Position numbers and translations under genes: made by a program. DNA of 64,000 nucleotides from Felis catus (Eukaryota), in assembly GCF_018350175.1 (NCBI RefSeq), contig NC_058368.1, positions 207,392,001 to 207,456,000 on the forward strand, given 5' to 3'. Shown here piece after piece: positions 13,744 through 26,740 of this stretch. How positions within the stretch are numbered: the stretch's first letter is position 1; the number at the start of each line of letters is the position of its first letter. The notes under the pieces were generated by a model. That model was not told the DNA's origin. It searched no databases and saw only the letters and a list, made by a program, of their open reading frames with translations.

Positions 13744-14339
13744 GATGCTTTTTAAAAGATCACTTCTGTGATATGCTGTAGAAAATACACAGCTAACTGT
13801 AAAGTCTATTTGAAGTATACTGAAGCCTGTCAATATATCTACCAGGTTAGAGGAAATATAGATAGAAGATCAAATTAAATGACACCACCAGGCATGTCAA
13901 CAAATCCATGCTGTGGTACATTAAACTGGATAAATGGATAGTTTTCTCCAACAAGTCAATGGTGTTAACAAAATAGAGTGGTGTGGGGTGGGAAAAACTG
14001 CTATAGATTTATGGACAATTTAAAAGACAAACTATTCAATTTTCTGCTTGTTTTGAATCTTGCTTAGGTTATGAGTCTAGCAAATAATATATTAAGAGAT
14101 ATTTTTAAGACAGAGGAATCAGGATTTTACAAGACATTAAGAATTACTGTTAATTTTGTCAAGTGTGTGAATGCATTGTCTAGCCTGTTTAGATGCCAAG
14201 TATAGAATATAACAGGTTCCTATTCTGGACCTACTAGAAATCAGATCCTCAAATTAAACGATATATGTCCTCTCTTTTTGGCTTTACTAGTTTTAATGGA
14301 TCTGTATCAGTGTACTAACTAACTACATGCAGCTATTTT

Positions 14340-14358
14340 TTTAAGTTTATTTATTTTC

Positions 14359-14404
<46 letters not shown>

Positions 14405-14566
14405 GGGGAGAGGCAGAGAGAGAGAGAGAGAGAGGGAGAATACCAAGCAGGTTCTGCACTGTCAGTGGGGAGCTTGATGCAAGGTTCCAACTCACGAACC
14501 ACGAGATCGTGACCTGAGCCAAAACCAAGAGTCAGATGCTTAACTGACTGAGCCACCCAGATGCCC
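14340..14566 (-). mobile_element. CAN-SINE
   Basis: TSD catgcagctatttt on both sides. Confidence 0.93.
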
Positions 14567-14884
14567 CATGCAGCTATTTTGTTGAACCTGGAACAAGAAG
14601 AACCGTAGAAGTCAGACAAGGTTAGTGGGTGTTCCCCTCACTAAAGTAGGAATATCACAGAGGCAAAGATAAAGATTTCTGGTTGGCAAGAATAGGTGAG
14701 AAGGGAAAGCTAAATCATGTTTGAAGATTACAATGACTTGCTGATAGTTACAGTCAGTGAAACATGTTGCTTATGGGAAGTTAGAAATCACCAGGCTCTG
14801 TCAGGATAGGTGCTACGGGGAAAGCATAAATCAGAGAGGAGGGAATAAGGATAAGGTAGTAGGGCAGCAACTGAAAATTGATTG

Positions 14885-15317
14885 GTTTCGTTAGCTTTCT
14901 CGAGCTGCTGTAACAAACTATTAAAATCTCGGTGGTTTAAAACAAGAGAGATTTATTCTCTCACAAATCAAGGAGGTGTCAGGGCCCTGCTTCTTCCAAA
15001 GGCTCCAAGGAAGAATCTGTTCGATGCTTCTCTCCCAGTTCCTGTTAACAGCCTCCTTCCTTGGTGTACCCAGACCGGCCAGCTGCATTGGCCCAACCTC
15101 TGCCTCCATCTTTACATCATCCTCTTTCCTGTGTGTCTGTGTCCAATTTCCCTTTTGTCATAAGGACACCAGTTGTCGGGTTTAGGGCCGATCCTAATCC
15201 CATATGACCTTATCTTAACTAGATTACATCTGCAAAAACCCTATTTCCAAATAAGGTCACTTTCACAAGTTCCAGGTGGACATGAACTTTTAGGAGGACC
15301 CTATTCAACCCGAAACA
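14885..15317. mobile_element. MaLR solo LTR (MLT1-like)
   Basis: 'gctgctgtaacaaacta...atttattctctcaca...gattacatctgcaaaaaccctatttccaaataaggtcac...attcaacccgaaaca' is a typical MLT1 signature. Confidence 0.8.
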
Positions 15318-15334
15318 ATGGTCAAAAATACTCT

Positions 15335-15775
15335 CCATGAGAAGGTGACGTTTGAACAACTACCAAAACTGCTTAGAAAGCTTAGAAGTCATGAATCTAG
15401 AGGAAGACAGCCCAGGCGAAGAGCGGCAAGTGTGAAAGTCTGAGATATGAATGGGCCTGGGGTGTGAAGTGAGTGAAGGGAAGATTAGCAGTTACAAAGT
15501 AATTGAAGGGAGGGCAGTTCAATACAGCCTTGGAAGCCATTTCTAAGGACGTTGGCTTTGACTCTGACGGAGATGGGAATTATTGAAGGGTTCTAAACAA
15601 AAGCATGAAATTACTGAACATTTTTCATGAGACCACTAGCTGCTATATGGACTAGACTGTGGGAGGGATAAGAGCAGAAGCAGCGAGAGGTTATTTCAAT
15701 AGTCCACGTGAGAAATGATGATGGTTTGGACCACAGTGGTAGCAGTGGCAGAACTTGGAAGCTTTTGGGTAATAA
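15335..15775. mobile_element. Ancient L2 fragment
   Basis: L2-like motifs 'gaaggtgacgtttgaac', 'gttggctttgactctga', 'aatagtccacgtgagaaatgatgatggtttggac'. Confidence 0.6.
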
Positions 15776-15949
15776 GAGTAACACACAAAAATGTTCCAAA
15801 GATTGTTTCCCATTAATACTTATCTCTTTTATTATCAGGTATCTTGTCACCTCTTAGTATTCATTCCAGAGGATGGAGGCAAGCACCAAAATTTAAGAAT
15901 TGTTTTTATGAGAAAATCTTAAAATGAGAAATGACCATTTCCTTTGTCC

Positions 15950-16200
15950 TGCAGTTAACATAGACAGCTATCATAGGGCCTGGTACTTACCAAGAATTTG
16001 TTATTTTACATGCATCCCTATATCATTTAGCCCTCGAAATAAGCCTGTACCACAAGCATTGTTTTCCATTTCGCACAGTAGAAACGTAAAGTTTAGAGAC
16101 TTTAAGCAGTTTATCCAATCATACGAATAGTTAATGCCAGAACCAGGATTCTAATGTAGGTATTCTGAATCTCCATCCCAAGTGATTTTCATTATATTGC
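15950..16200. mobile_element. MIR SINE
   Basis: Degenerate MIR core 'ccatttcgcacagtagaaacgtaaagtttagaga...gccagaaccaggattc'. Confidence 0.55.
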
Positions 16201-17363
16201 AGTGAGACAGGAAAACAAAGTCATTATTCTATTTAAGTAGCTAATCACTGTGGTCCCGATCTTTAAACACCGTGTTCCAGAGAGACTTTACTTGATGTTC
16301 TTCATTTATAGATGGTTGATTAATTAATTTGACTGATTATTATTATTGACCAGGAAAATTGTGAAAAGAGACCCTTCAGTAGTCAATGTATTAGGAGAGA
16401 AAACAGCTAGTCTACACCTTATAACAGGGTGTGCCAAGGCTCAGAGGAGCTGAATCGCAGCGCAGATCTCTTTCCATCTCTATATTCAGTGACATCACAT
16501 GACACCTTGAAATAAGCTACGGTGGGGGTAGTTACTCCTTGCAAATCAGCAAGCACAGTGAACCTGAGCTGTTTTTATTCATGGACCAGATTTAAAAACA
16601 AACTGTTGTCTATAATTCGAATTCAATAACAACAAAATATAAAGGTGTGTGTGTGAGAGAGAGAGAAAAAGAGAGAGAGGGAGGGAGGAAGGGAGAGAGG
16701 AAGGAAGAGAGGAGGGGAAAAGAGAGATGAGACAGTGTGATCAAATTACTGGGTGTAGTTAATGTCTAACATTAGTTTAAAAACTGCCTCAATATAAACC
16801 AAAATAACAGAATGTGTCCACTTGACAGATAAACACATTTAAAGTTTACGATTACACATTTCCTGGTCGGCCTCGGCAAAATGACTTTAGGACTTGAGCA
16901 TTTTCAGCAACAACTGCGGAGTTCTGGACTGGGTTTTCCTCCCTCTAAACCCACACCCAGCCTAACTTTCCCAGGTGGTGTTTCTTCCACAAACACACTT
17001 TCGGTGAGCTCAGTTCTTCCACGGAAGGCTGGAGCAACAGCAATCCGGGTAGAGGCCCACTGATGGGTTTCAGGAGCTTGGGCGTCTCTCCCAACAGAAG
17101 CAAGTGATGAGGTTTCTTTCCCTGTGCTGGCCTGGAAGAATGTTCTTTTACCAAAGATAGGAGAAGCATCAGTCTCAATATTAACCAGAACAAGTATGCT
17201 TTCCCTGGCATGGGGGGAAAATCAGGGTAGCTCCATTCAGAGGGAGTGCTGATGTCTGAGAGCCAGGTAGAAATTGTCTGGAATGTTATTGGTAGTTTGT
17301 ATTGTCCCCACAGTTGTATCTTTCACCAGAATTTCTTCTGAAAAATAGCAGATTATCTAATAA

Positions 17364-17370
<7 letters not shown>

Positions 17371-17406
<36 letters not shown>
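17371..17406. repeat. (CA)n microsatellite
   Basis: Read directly from sequence. Confidence 0.95.
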
Positions 17407-17409
<3 letters not shown>

Positions 17410-17864
17410 CTACCTGCTACCACCTCTACTTCTAACTTCTCATTCTTAACACCTTCCTCAGAGAAACACTCCTTTTCAGTGGCCCTTCACTGTTGTGCTC
17501 AGTGTATAACTTCCCATTGTCCCTCTCTCGGGTCCAGACCCAGGCTTAGGGTCAGCACAGAACTTTCTCCTTATGGTCAAAGTCTAGACACCAGGGACAG
17601 ACGTCCTGGAAAGTGTGCCAAGGTCATGATCAAAGCCAGAAACATGAGTCCAAATGAATCCATTGATCCAGGGAGGAAAGAAAAAAAACAGGGGCTGAGG
17701 TACAAAGCCAAAGTGGGACAGAGAAGGACAAGGGGCCTGGAGGTGGAAGAGTCACAGGAGCAAGGGAGCGGAACGTGATCCGCGTGCACTCCAAAGTTGC
17801 GTTGGGCAGTTAATGTCACCTGCAGCCTTTTCGTTTCTTTATAAAATTCTAATGAGCATGGGCA

Positions 17865-18055
17865 TTGCATGGGGGTTAAGCCACAAAGCCTGAGACCTGA
17901 ATACCTGGGTGTGAAGCCTGGCTCTGCCATTAAGTAATTTTGTGACTTTAATCAGCTTCCGCAGTTTCCTCCTCTGTAAAATGGTGCTAACAATAGGTTT
18001 TAACTTCCAGCAGTGTTATGAGGTTAAGTAAATTAATATCTATAAAGTGCTTAGA
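17865..18055. mobile_element. MIR SINE
   Basis: 'ctgggtgtgaagcctggctctgcca...tgtgacttt...cagtttcctcctctgtaaaatgg...taaagtgcttag'. Confidence 0.75.
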
Positions 18056-18160
18056 TGGGCATCTGTGTAAAGAGATGAAAAGTAAAACAATATTCACCCA
18101 TGTACCTTACATCAAGCCTTAGGAAAAAGAAAAAATACCAGTATAATTAGACCTCCTTTT

Positions 18161-18397
18161 ATTTATTTATTTATTATTATTTTTTTAACATTTATTTATT
18201 TATTTTTGAGACAGAGAGAGACAGAGCATGAACGGGGGAGGGTCAGAGAGAGAGGGAGACACAGAATCCGAAACAGGCTCCAGGCTCTGAGCTGTCAGCA
18301 CAGAGCCTGATGCGGGGCTCGAACTCACAGACTGTGAGATCATGACCTGAGCTGAAGTCAGACGCCCAGGCAACTGACTGAGCCACCCAGGTGCCCC
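18161..18397 (-). mobile_element. CAN-SINE
   Basis: TSD tagacctcctttt at 18148-18160 and 18398-18410. Confidence 0.95.
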
Positions 18398-18544
18398 TAG
18401 ACCTCCTTTTAATTCATCCTTCTTTCTTCTTTCCAAGGAAACCACCATCTTGAATTTGTGATTTATCACTCTTGGGCATCTATATATTCATTTATATGAA
18501 TAGTTGTATCTCTAAGTAATGAGTAATTTTATTTTTCATATTTT

Positions 18545-18642
18545 TTTAAAATTTTTTTTAACATTTATTTTAGTTTTGAGACAGAGAGAGACAGAGCATG
18601 AACAGGGGAGGGTCAGAGAGAGGGAGACACAGAATCCGAAAC
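18545..18642 (-). mobile_element. 5'-truncated CAN-SINE (3' half only)
   Basis: Tail plus (GA)n up to 'cacagaatccgaaaca'; flanked by TSD atttttcatatttt. Confidence 0.85.
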
Positions 18643-19279
18643 ATATTTTTCATATTTTAAGCCATATGTAAGTGGCATCATGCTTTATGTATTCATCTGT
18701 AACTTGTTCTTCTTACTCAGTTCATCTGTGTTGATATAAGCAGTTCTGGGTCATAGATTCATGTCATTCCTATTATTGTTAGAGTATTCCCAATGAATAC
18801 ATGCACCGCGATTTATTTGTCTGTTCTGTTGATGGACACTTAAGTTGCTCTATGTTTTGTTATTCTAAGCATTCTTAGGCATATTTCTTGGCAAATGAAT
18901 TGGAGTTCCTCTAAGCTGACTTAGAAGTGCAATCTCTGAGGTTTAGGGTAAGCTCATTTTCAAATTTACTTAACATTTGAAAAATTATTCTTTTAAGACA
19001 CTCAGACAAAAATGCACATTATCATGTGCTAATTGCTACTTGAAGTCCTTTAGACAGATTAACTTACTCAACCCTCAGAACAGCGCTGTGAAGGAAGTTC
19101 TATTATTTCTCTCGCTTTATAGAAGAGAAGTTCAGTCATTTTCCTCAGAGCCACACCTGGAGACACAGTGGGTCCCAAGTTGTGCCAAATGCAAAATAGG
19201 ATATAATAAAAAGCCAAGGTATTCTGGCCAAAAGGTATCATAAGGCAAACAAAAAGGTAAGATCTCACATAATACAGTA

Positions 19280-19394
19280 TCTCTTCATCGTAACTAATTG
19301 TATGTGCATAGACCTTATTTCCAAAGGGACTATTCTGAGGTTCCATGTCGACATGAATCTTAGGGGTGGGAGGGACACTCTTCAACCCGGTACA
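19280..19394. mobile_element. MLT1-like LTR terminal fragment
   Basis: 'gaccttatttccaaagg...ttctgaggttcc...gacatgaat...gacactcttcaacccggtaca', similar to 15230-15317. Confidence 0.65.
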
Positions 19395-21529
19395 GGATCA
19401 CCTTTTACCATCTGTGGCCAAAGAAAGGAGTTGAATCTACTTTCCACGTGACAAGCCTTTGGATATTTGGAAAGAGCTCTACTATTCACAGATCTCCCTC
19501 CCTAACCCACCTGATGTGCCCAAGGAGTCTCTTTCCCTGGCTATGCGTGCTCAATTCAGCCAGGCCACACTGGCAAAGCCCGTAGTTCTCAGTTCCCAAG
19601 ATATTCCCTCACTGTCCAAGCGGCCCTGCTCTGATTTGTCAGTGTTTTCTGCATCTGAAGGGGCATCCTCAACAGATACTCTTTTCCAGGTGTGGACAGA
19701 CCAAGACAGAATACAGTGAACCCTCAGAGGTGCCAATAACCCTTATAATATTGTTTGGGCCATGACTGCATGAAGCCATACATTCTAGATCATTCAGAAG
19801 AGCTGAGTGACAGTTCTAGCTCTGTCCCTAATTCTGTAAACAGAAAAAAAATCAAGGTTTCTGCACTTATATTTCTTAACCTTTAGAAACAGTAATACTT
19901 GCCCTAACCTGTTTGACAATAATGTTGTGAGGAAAAAAAATATCAGATTGGTACAAAAGACTCCGATAAAATCTTCAGATAAAAATGGGTAGAAAGAATG
20001 TGGCTATACACCCAGAGCGCAATGGAATGTAACCTTGTCTTATGTCATGGGGTCTTCTGATAATCCAGTGAAACCTAGGGTGCACTGCTTCAGAAACTGC
20101 ACATAAGCATGGGCGCACACACATATATAAGCTTCAAAAGAATCGGGGAGTAGGGTTACTCTGGAGTCCAGACATGGGTTCTCCCTGTTCTCTAGTTAAG
20201 ATGTGAATTTGAGCCTGAGTATTAAATGACTACAGAAGATAGCATTCCTTCTCGATGCACAGATGGCTGTTCTGGTTTACAACTGAGGCTGTTAGGCCAG
20301 CCCAGCCAAGCATGTGGCCAAAGTTGAAGGAGAGTAGAAAGATTTTTGGATTGAATTCAGTGTCTGTGGACAGTGAGGCAGCTTCTCAGTAGGAGCAATA
20401 GAACTCCAAAGGGCAAGAGGTTGGTCTTCAGTCCCCCTTTTCTCATTTTCTGTCTTTTCTCCCGTTTTATATCCCCATCTCAGCAGAAATTTACTCATCT
20501 TTCTTTGAAAGGATTAAATTGATCCGTTAAAGTGATCCTCACTAACATGTTAGAAAATCAGGGTCCAGGACTATCCCACCGGAGAAGTCAACCTTAAGAA
20601 AGTTCCCCACAGCCAGAGGAACATAGCTACCTAACACATGATTTACTAGGCAGAATTTCCATTGGGAGTAGAAATAATTTGAGACAAGAACAGCTTTCTA
20701 GTACTACTGTATTTTTTGCATAATTTTAACATCATTTACAGTCATCATTGGGTCTCAAATTCTCCAAACTCTTCTCATTGAACATGATTTCCTTTGACTT
20801 CCACCAAAAACCAAAACACGAGCGGGAGACAGGGAAGGCCCATTTTATAGATAAGGAAATTGAGCCTTTGAGGAGTTAGGCCAGTTGCCCTAAGTCTTGT
20901 AGTCAGTAAAAGACACACCCAGAACTTTAAGCCAGATCTGATCCTAAATCCCACTTTCCTTCCCTGTATCACAGAGGTAAGCATTTACATGACATCCCGC
21001 CTCAGTTTTCCAGTGGTCCCTTGGAAGCCAAGATGTAGTATGACTTCGGGGGTAGTAGAGGGTCATCCTAGGAGTTGGAAGTCATCTAATTCTTCTCTCT
21101 TTCCAGTAACCTTAAGCTGGGTACAGAGTGGAGTTGACAATTGCCTCACCTGATCAAAGCAGGAAAAAAATCTGTCCCTGTTCTTCCTGATGACTAAGAT
21201 CTCTTTAACAATGAGCGGTGCCTTTCATGCCGCAGTAAGACACGGGATTGGAAATGCAGTGCAAATGTCTGGGTATAGGTCAGTGTACACGGCTGATATC
21301 AGATCTTTCTCTGAAAACAAGCCTTGACAGGGGAGGAGCAGGGAGAGAGTCACCACCAAAGCCAGGACACTGTCTGAAGCTGTCGAGAGCCAATGGGAGA
21401 GAGAAAAGCCAATGTCTAAAGACCAATGGCACCTGCCTCCTCTCATCCTAGCAGTTCTGCCCAATCCACTTAACTCTCATCACTCAGAGAAGGACAGAGT
21501 GAGTATGCTCTTGGTTGTGGGAGAGCTCA

Positions 21530-21742
21530 GTGTTTCTTAAAGTGTGGTACCCAGGACTATAGCATCTGAATCACCCAGAAGCGTGGGTAAGCACTCAGAT
21601 TCCCAGGCACTTCGTGCCCCCTGCTGACCCACTCACATGCCTTTCCAGTCCAGGTCTCTGGGGCTGGGGCCAGGAATTAGCCCTTGTCGCAAGCTCCCGG
21701 AGTGTCTACTGGGAACATCAATGTTGGAGAACTATTGTTCTC
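21530..21742. mobile_element. MER5-like hAT-Charlie MITE
   Basis: 'cagtgtttcttaaagtgtggtacccagga...agcatctgaatcaccc' through 'gttggagaactattg'. Confidence 0.6.
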
Positions 21743-21825
21743 AAGGCCAGATGAGATCATGAGAACGTATGATGAATACTCAACTCACTTTTGAAAGATC
21801 TTGAGGAAAACACCTCAGTGAAATC

Positions 21826-22070
21826 TATTTTTTTAATTTTTTTTTCTTTTTTTTCTTCTTTTTTTCAACGTTTTATTTATTTTTGGGACAGAGAGAGACA
21901 GAGAATGAACGGGGGAGGGGCAGAGAGAGAGGGAGACACAGAATCGGAAACAGGCTCCAGGCTCTGAGCCATCAGCCCAGAGCCCGACGCGGGGCTCGAA
22001 CTCCCGGACTGCGAGATCATGACCTGGCTGAAGTCGGACGCTTAACCGACTGCGCCACCCAGGCGCCCCT
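21826..22070 (-). mobile_element. Young CAN-SINE inserted in the tail of an older SINE
   Basis: Near-consensus CpG-rich SINEC_Fc; flanked by ctatttttttaat-like duplication. Confidence 0.95.
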
Positions 22071-22266
22071 ATTTTTTTAATGTTTATTTGTTTTTGAGAG
22101 AGAGAGAGAGCAGGGGAATGGCAGAGAGAGAGAGCGGGGCAGAAGAGCCGAAGCGAGCTCCTCACTGATGGCAGAGAGCCCAATGTGGGGCTTGAACTCA
22201 TGAACCACAAGATTGCTACTTGAGCAGAAGTCAGACTTTTAAATGACTGAGTGACCCAGGCACCCT
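22071..22266 (-). mobile_element. Older CAN-SINE
   Basis: Diverged SINEC body ending in gagtgacccaggcaccc. Confidence 0.9.
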
Positions 22267-22539
22267 GAAAGCTATTTTATGGATTTCTTTTATAACTCTT
22301 CTCCTTCTTTATCTTAAAATCATTTGGTGTATTTAAAAAAAAAATTAGGCAAACCTGTGTATATACCATTTCACGTAGATGCACAAATGTGATCTCTATA
22401 GATCTGCATATAGGCTATTTTAATTTTTTTCCCTTTTTGCACAACTTGTACCTCCTTCCTTCCCCTGTCTATTCTCATCTCCGTCAGGTCCCCAGTGATC
22501 TCTAATGCAATCCAGTCTCTAGTCTCCCTTATAATCATA

Positions 22540-22542
<3 letters not shown>

Positions 22543-22584
<42 letters not shown>
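22543..22584. repeat. (AC)n microsatellite
   Basis: Read directly from sequence. Confidence 0.95.
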
Positions 22585-22587
<3 letters not shown>

Positions 22588-24579
22588 TAGGTGTTGCTTT
22601 TTGTATTACTAAAACAGAAACATATTTTACATTTTTCTTTATCTTGTTTTTCTCACTCAACAATACCTAATAGAAATTCTTCCATATTACAAGGCTTAAC
22701 TCCACAATTTATTCTTTTAAATGATTGCATATGATTTCACAGTGCAGATGAATCAGAACTGACTCAATCATTCCCCTATTGACAGACAAAATTTGTTCCC
22801 AGGTTCTTACTATGGACAATGCAGTGATTAACATCTCTGCTTTATTTCTAGGGATAGATTCTTATTCATAGGATGGAGAACTATTTAAGTGTTGGCTACA
22901 ATAATAATTAATACTGGCATTTTGTAGGATTTTATGCATTTTTATTTTTAACAACTCTTTTCAAATTGCTTTCCAAAGAAGATGTTGTAACTGGTAGTTC
23001 ATATGCGTATTCTTTTTCCCCTTTACAACTTCTCATTATAAAAGTTTATACTGGTAGCAAAATGTAATTAGTTATATGAATTTATCATATTGAATTTTTA
23101 AAGCCCTTCACTTTAAACATCCGAACTTATCAAGTGCCATTTGAATTTTACTAGTCCTACACATCACAAGCAAATACCAAGCATTGTGTTCTGAGGTGCT
23201 ATACATGTATAACCAAGAAAATAAACCAAAGCAACCAACCAAACCAAACAAAAACAGGTTGCCTTCAGTAAGACTGCCCTCCAGATATTTTAGGTTTTGG
23301 TTAGATCAATGGATAGATAGATAGATAGGTAGATAATAGGAAAGCCTCTAATATTTGTCATGCCTTGCCAACAGCCAAATCTGATAGGGTCAATTTTTCT
23401 GCATCTGTAAACATGCAGGATAAGTCAAGGTCAAAGAACATTTTCTGGGAACAATAGCTATTTTCTTCATTTTTTTATGACACTGAGGAGGAAAAAGAAA
23501 AGACGTGACCTCACTAGATCCATAAACTTTAACCAGTCCTTGTTCGATTAGAACATCTGGAAGTGTCCAACAAGGCACCAAGGTGCTCGGACAGTTCACC
23601 TAGGACCAAATCCAAAGTGCCATTTCAGTTCATGGGAAATGGAAGGATTCAGAATGGGATGTTTAAGGGAGACAAGAGGAGTAGGGAGGGGGATAGAAGA
23701 AGGGAGAGAGAAAGCATTAGGTCTGCGAGCTAAAGGGGGAAAAACCAGCTTAATTATGGAAGAAAAGACACACACATAGGATAGCTTGCACAAGCAGAGT
23801 TGCTGTGGAAGCACATTCCAGGAAAATCTTAAGAGATTACTTTAATAATAAACCATGCATTCTTCAGCAAGCCATCACGGGATTAACTACCCCTTTCCTA
23901 GGCTGGGAACACAGTCGTCAGGTTTTTTTGTTTTTTGTTTTTTGTTTTTCTTTTTTTTCTCCTTCTCCCTCGAAGACGGGATTTGTGCAAGGGAAAGTCG
24001 TGCAAGGAACTTAGTTTTTCAAACATTGCATTAAATTTTCCTTACCTTAATTTTCTAAACATTAAATTTCAGCGGTGATAAGAAAAGACCATTGAAGCAG
24101 GGTTAACATCTGGGTGGTCTTGGGTGTGATTCTCCAGCTGGAAGGGAGTTCATTTTAGACCTACTGAAAAGTGACCAGCTTTGATGGGGCAAGAGACTGT
24201 GTTCCATCAGAGATTAAAAGGGTTAAATTTATTTTCACCCTTCTTTTTTTTCTTCTTACTGTGAGCAAGACACTGAATTACTGCCAGAAGCAGTATCAGC
24301 ACCCTAGAGATACAAAAGTACCCTTCAAATCAGAGTTCTCCACTGTGGACTCAAGATTTCTCTGTAAAATCACAGGGCCGTCTATTTTAAGCTGTATGTG
24401 TGAGCCCGCAGTTCATAAACGGACCGTTTTCATCAAAGTCTTCTCTTGAAATTCCAGCTCAGTGCGGATGAAATCATTTTCTTCCTCTGGCTCCTTAGAC
24501 ATATCCCTTCCATTTGGTAGAGCAAACATAAGTTAATGTTGCTTGATAAGAGTCTTGATTTAAAAAAAAAAATAGGTTT

Positions 24580-24790
24580 GGGGCACCTGGGTGGCTCAGT
24601 GGGTTAAGCGTCCGACTTGGGCTCAGGTCATGATCTCACGGTTTGTGAGTTTGAGCCCCGCGTCGGGCTCTATGCTGACAGCTCAGAGCCTGGAGCCTGC
24701 TTGGGATTCTGGGTCTCCCTCTCTCTCCCTGCCTCTCCCCCGCTCATGGTCTGTGTCTCTCTCTCTCAAAAATAAACATTAAAAAAATAA
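24580..24790 (+). mobile_element. CAN-SINE
   Basis: Full body; TSD aaaaaaaaataggttt on both sides. Confidence 0.95.
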
Positions 24791-25495
24791 TTTAAAAAAA
24801 AATAGGTTTGGGTGGTCACTTCTGAGTTGAGAAAGTATTACCTGTTGAGTGAAAAGGGAAACCCTTTTTTTCCCCCTGAATTGCTAATGTCTCTATTTGC
24901 CTCAAATCAGCCTCATTTTTTCAGCTACTTAGGCCTTGGAGGTGAAACTATCCTTCTGGACTTCTGGGTCTTAGAAATAAAGCACTATATCCTAAAATGT
25001 ACCAGAATTTAAGTTCTCTGAATAAATGTTGTAAATACTATCCTAAGATTAAAGTCTACATACTTCTTATCATTCACAGGAAGTCCTTTTTTTTTTTAAT
25101 AATAGCAAATCATCTCAGCAACATTGAAAACTGTCAGCACCACCTTCCCCACCCCCGCACCCTCAGGTGTGAGGGGATGAGACAGGTGGCAGAAATAGCA
25201 GAGGCCAGGAGAGGTGGTGTTCAGGGTGGCGCCGCTCGGTGCCCCTGGCTCCCTGGCGGTCCCAAGCCTGACCTACTTGAGAGCAGGAAGTGCCCATCAC
25301 ACTGCGGCTTTACAGCTGGGCTAGGCTCGGACCACAAAATACATCCTTGGTGTCCCATGAGCCCGATTTGAACCCTCAGTTTCCAGAGGTAAGATGCAAA
25401 TCCACTGTGTCTTGCTTACTCGATGAAATCAATAACCCCTTCTCGTCCAACTCATAATTTGGCACTTTCACATTTAGTACACACCGTTTCCAACC

Positions 25496-25527
<32 letters not shown>

Positions 25528-26229
25528 CAAAACAGGAACACAGACATGCTTTTCACCGGAATAATTTCATATTTCTTAAAAAGCGACAGAGTTTCTGGGG
25601 ATATTGTACAATTGCTCATGATTTTAAAATATGGAGAAAATGAATTCCCAGCTTGGTAAGTTTCACCAAGATGAGAATGCCTTGTGCTGAGCACCACATT
25701 TTCAAATATGTTTCTTACGTTTCATATTTTTCATAGAGGTATAGGGACCACTGTGGAAATCAGTGCAGGAGAGTGTTCATCTTACGTGTCTGCACACAGA
25801 TGCACACGCTAACGGAAATATATAATTTTTGTTGGTATCAGATGTTCAGCTTACTTAGGTTACATAGAGGTGAACGTTTTTGTTTATATCAATTTCATAG
25901 AGTATTGCTTTTATAGCTGTATATCGGGATGTCATGTCATACCTAAATACAGTATGTTCTACATGTACACACACAGATTCCCCACCAATTTAAGTGCCCC
26001 CCCGGAGACCACGCCTGTAAAGGGGCTGATCACCCATTTCGCTGTAAACAGCAGATCCGCGCTGGGACCCACTGCCTCTCGCCAGGAAAGTCAGGAGTAA
26101 AGGCAGCCCTTTGTTCCAAGGTCCCCAACGGGTTAGGATGACTTCGGGTGCCACATCACTGGAAGTGGCAATCCAGCCAAGGAATTTGTGAAACGAAGGT
26201 CCGGTGGATCCCACCCCTTTCCTGCGGAG

Positions 26230-26740
26230 TTTCCCTTTCCTGTCCTTATTTGCCCCCTCCCCTGTCCCGCGGCCCCAGCTGGGGAGGCCGGGGCTCCGGC
26301 TGCACCCTCCCTCCTCTCTGCGGCGCGGGGCTTGGGGAGGGGGGGCGCGATCGCCCCCCGCTGGCGGGGCTCGCGCGCGAGGGGAGCCGGGCGCCGTGCG
26401 TGGCCGCGGCTCGAGTTAATAAACAGTTAAGTTTGGAAGACAGCAGACACGTTGAGGGGGAGTTACCAAGCCCAGGCAGCAAAAACATCCCGGCGCATTC
26501 CTGGGGAGTCCTCGGCTGCCAGCATCTGATTAGAACCATATCTCGCCGGGAGTGGCCGCGCGGCTCCGAGGCTCCCGGGCCGGCGGCTATTTAAGCGCGG
26601 CCCGCCGTGTCGGCTGCGCGGCAGCCTGGAGGCTCGGCACCCGGGAGTCATGCTCGCTTCGCGGAGGCGCTAGCTGGCCGTGAGTAGCTTGCCCGGCCTT
26701 CTTCCCCGTGGCTCCATTTTTGGCGACCTCCTTCCCCTCC
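26230..26740 (+). promoter_or_regulatory. DAB2: CpG-island promoter of DAB2
   Basis: Only strongly GC/CpG-rich unique segment in the window; GC-box-like motifs; TATA-like TATTTAA at 26588-26594; followed by a consensus splice donor. Confidence 0.9.
26618..26679 (+). other. DAB2: DAB2 exon 1 (5' UTR, non-coding); start is approximate, inferred as about 30 nt past the TATA-like box
   Basis: Donor cc|GTGAGT with GT at 26680-26681; 'gtcatgctcgcttc.cggaggc..tagct.gcc' matches my recollection of the mammalian DAB2 mRNA leader. Confidence 0.75.
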
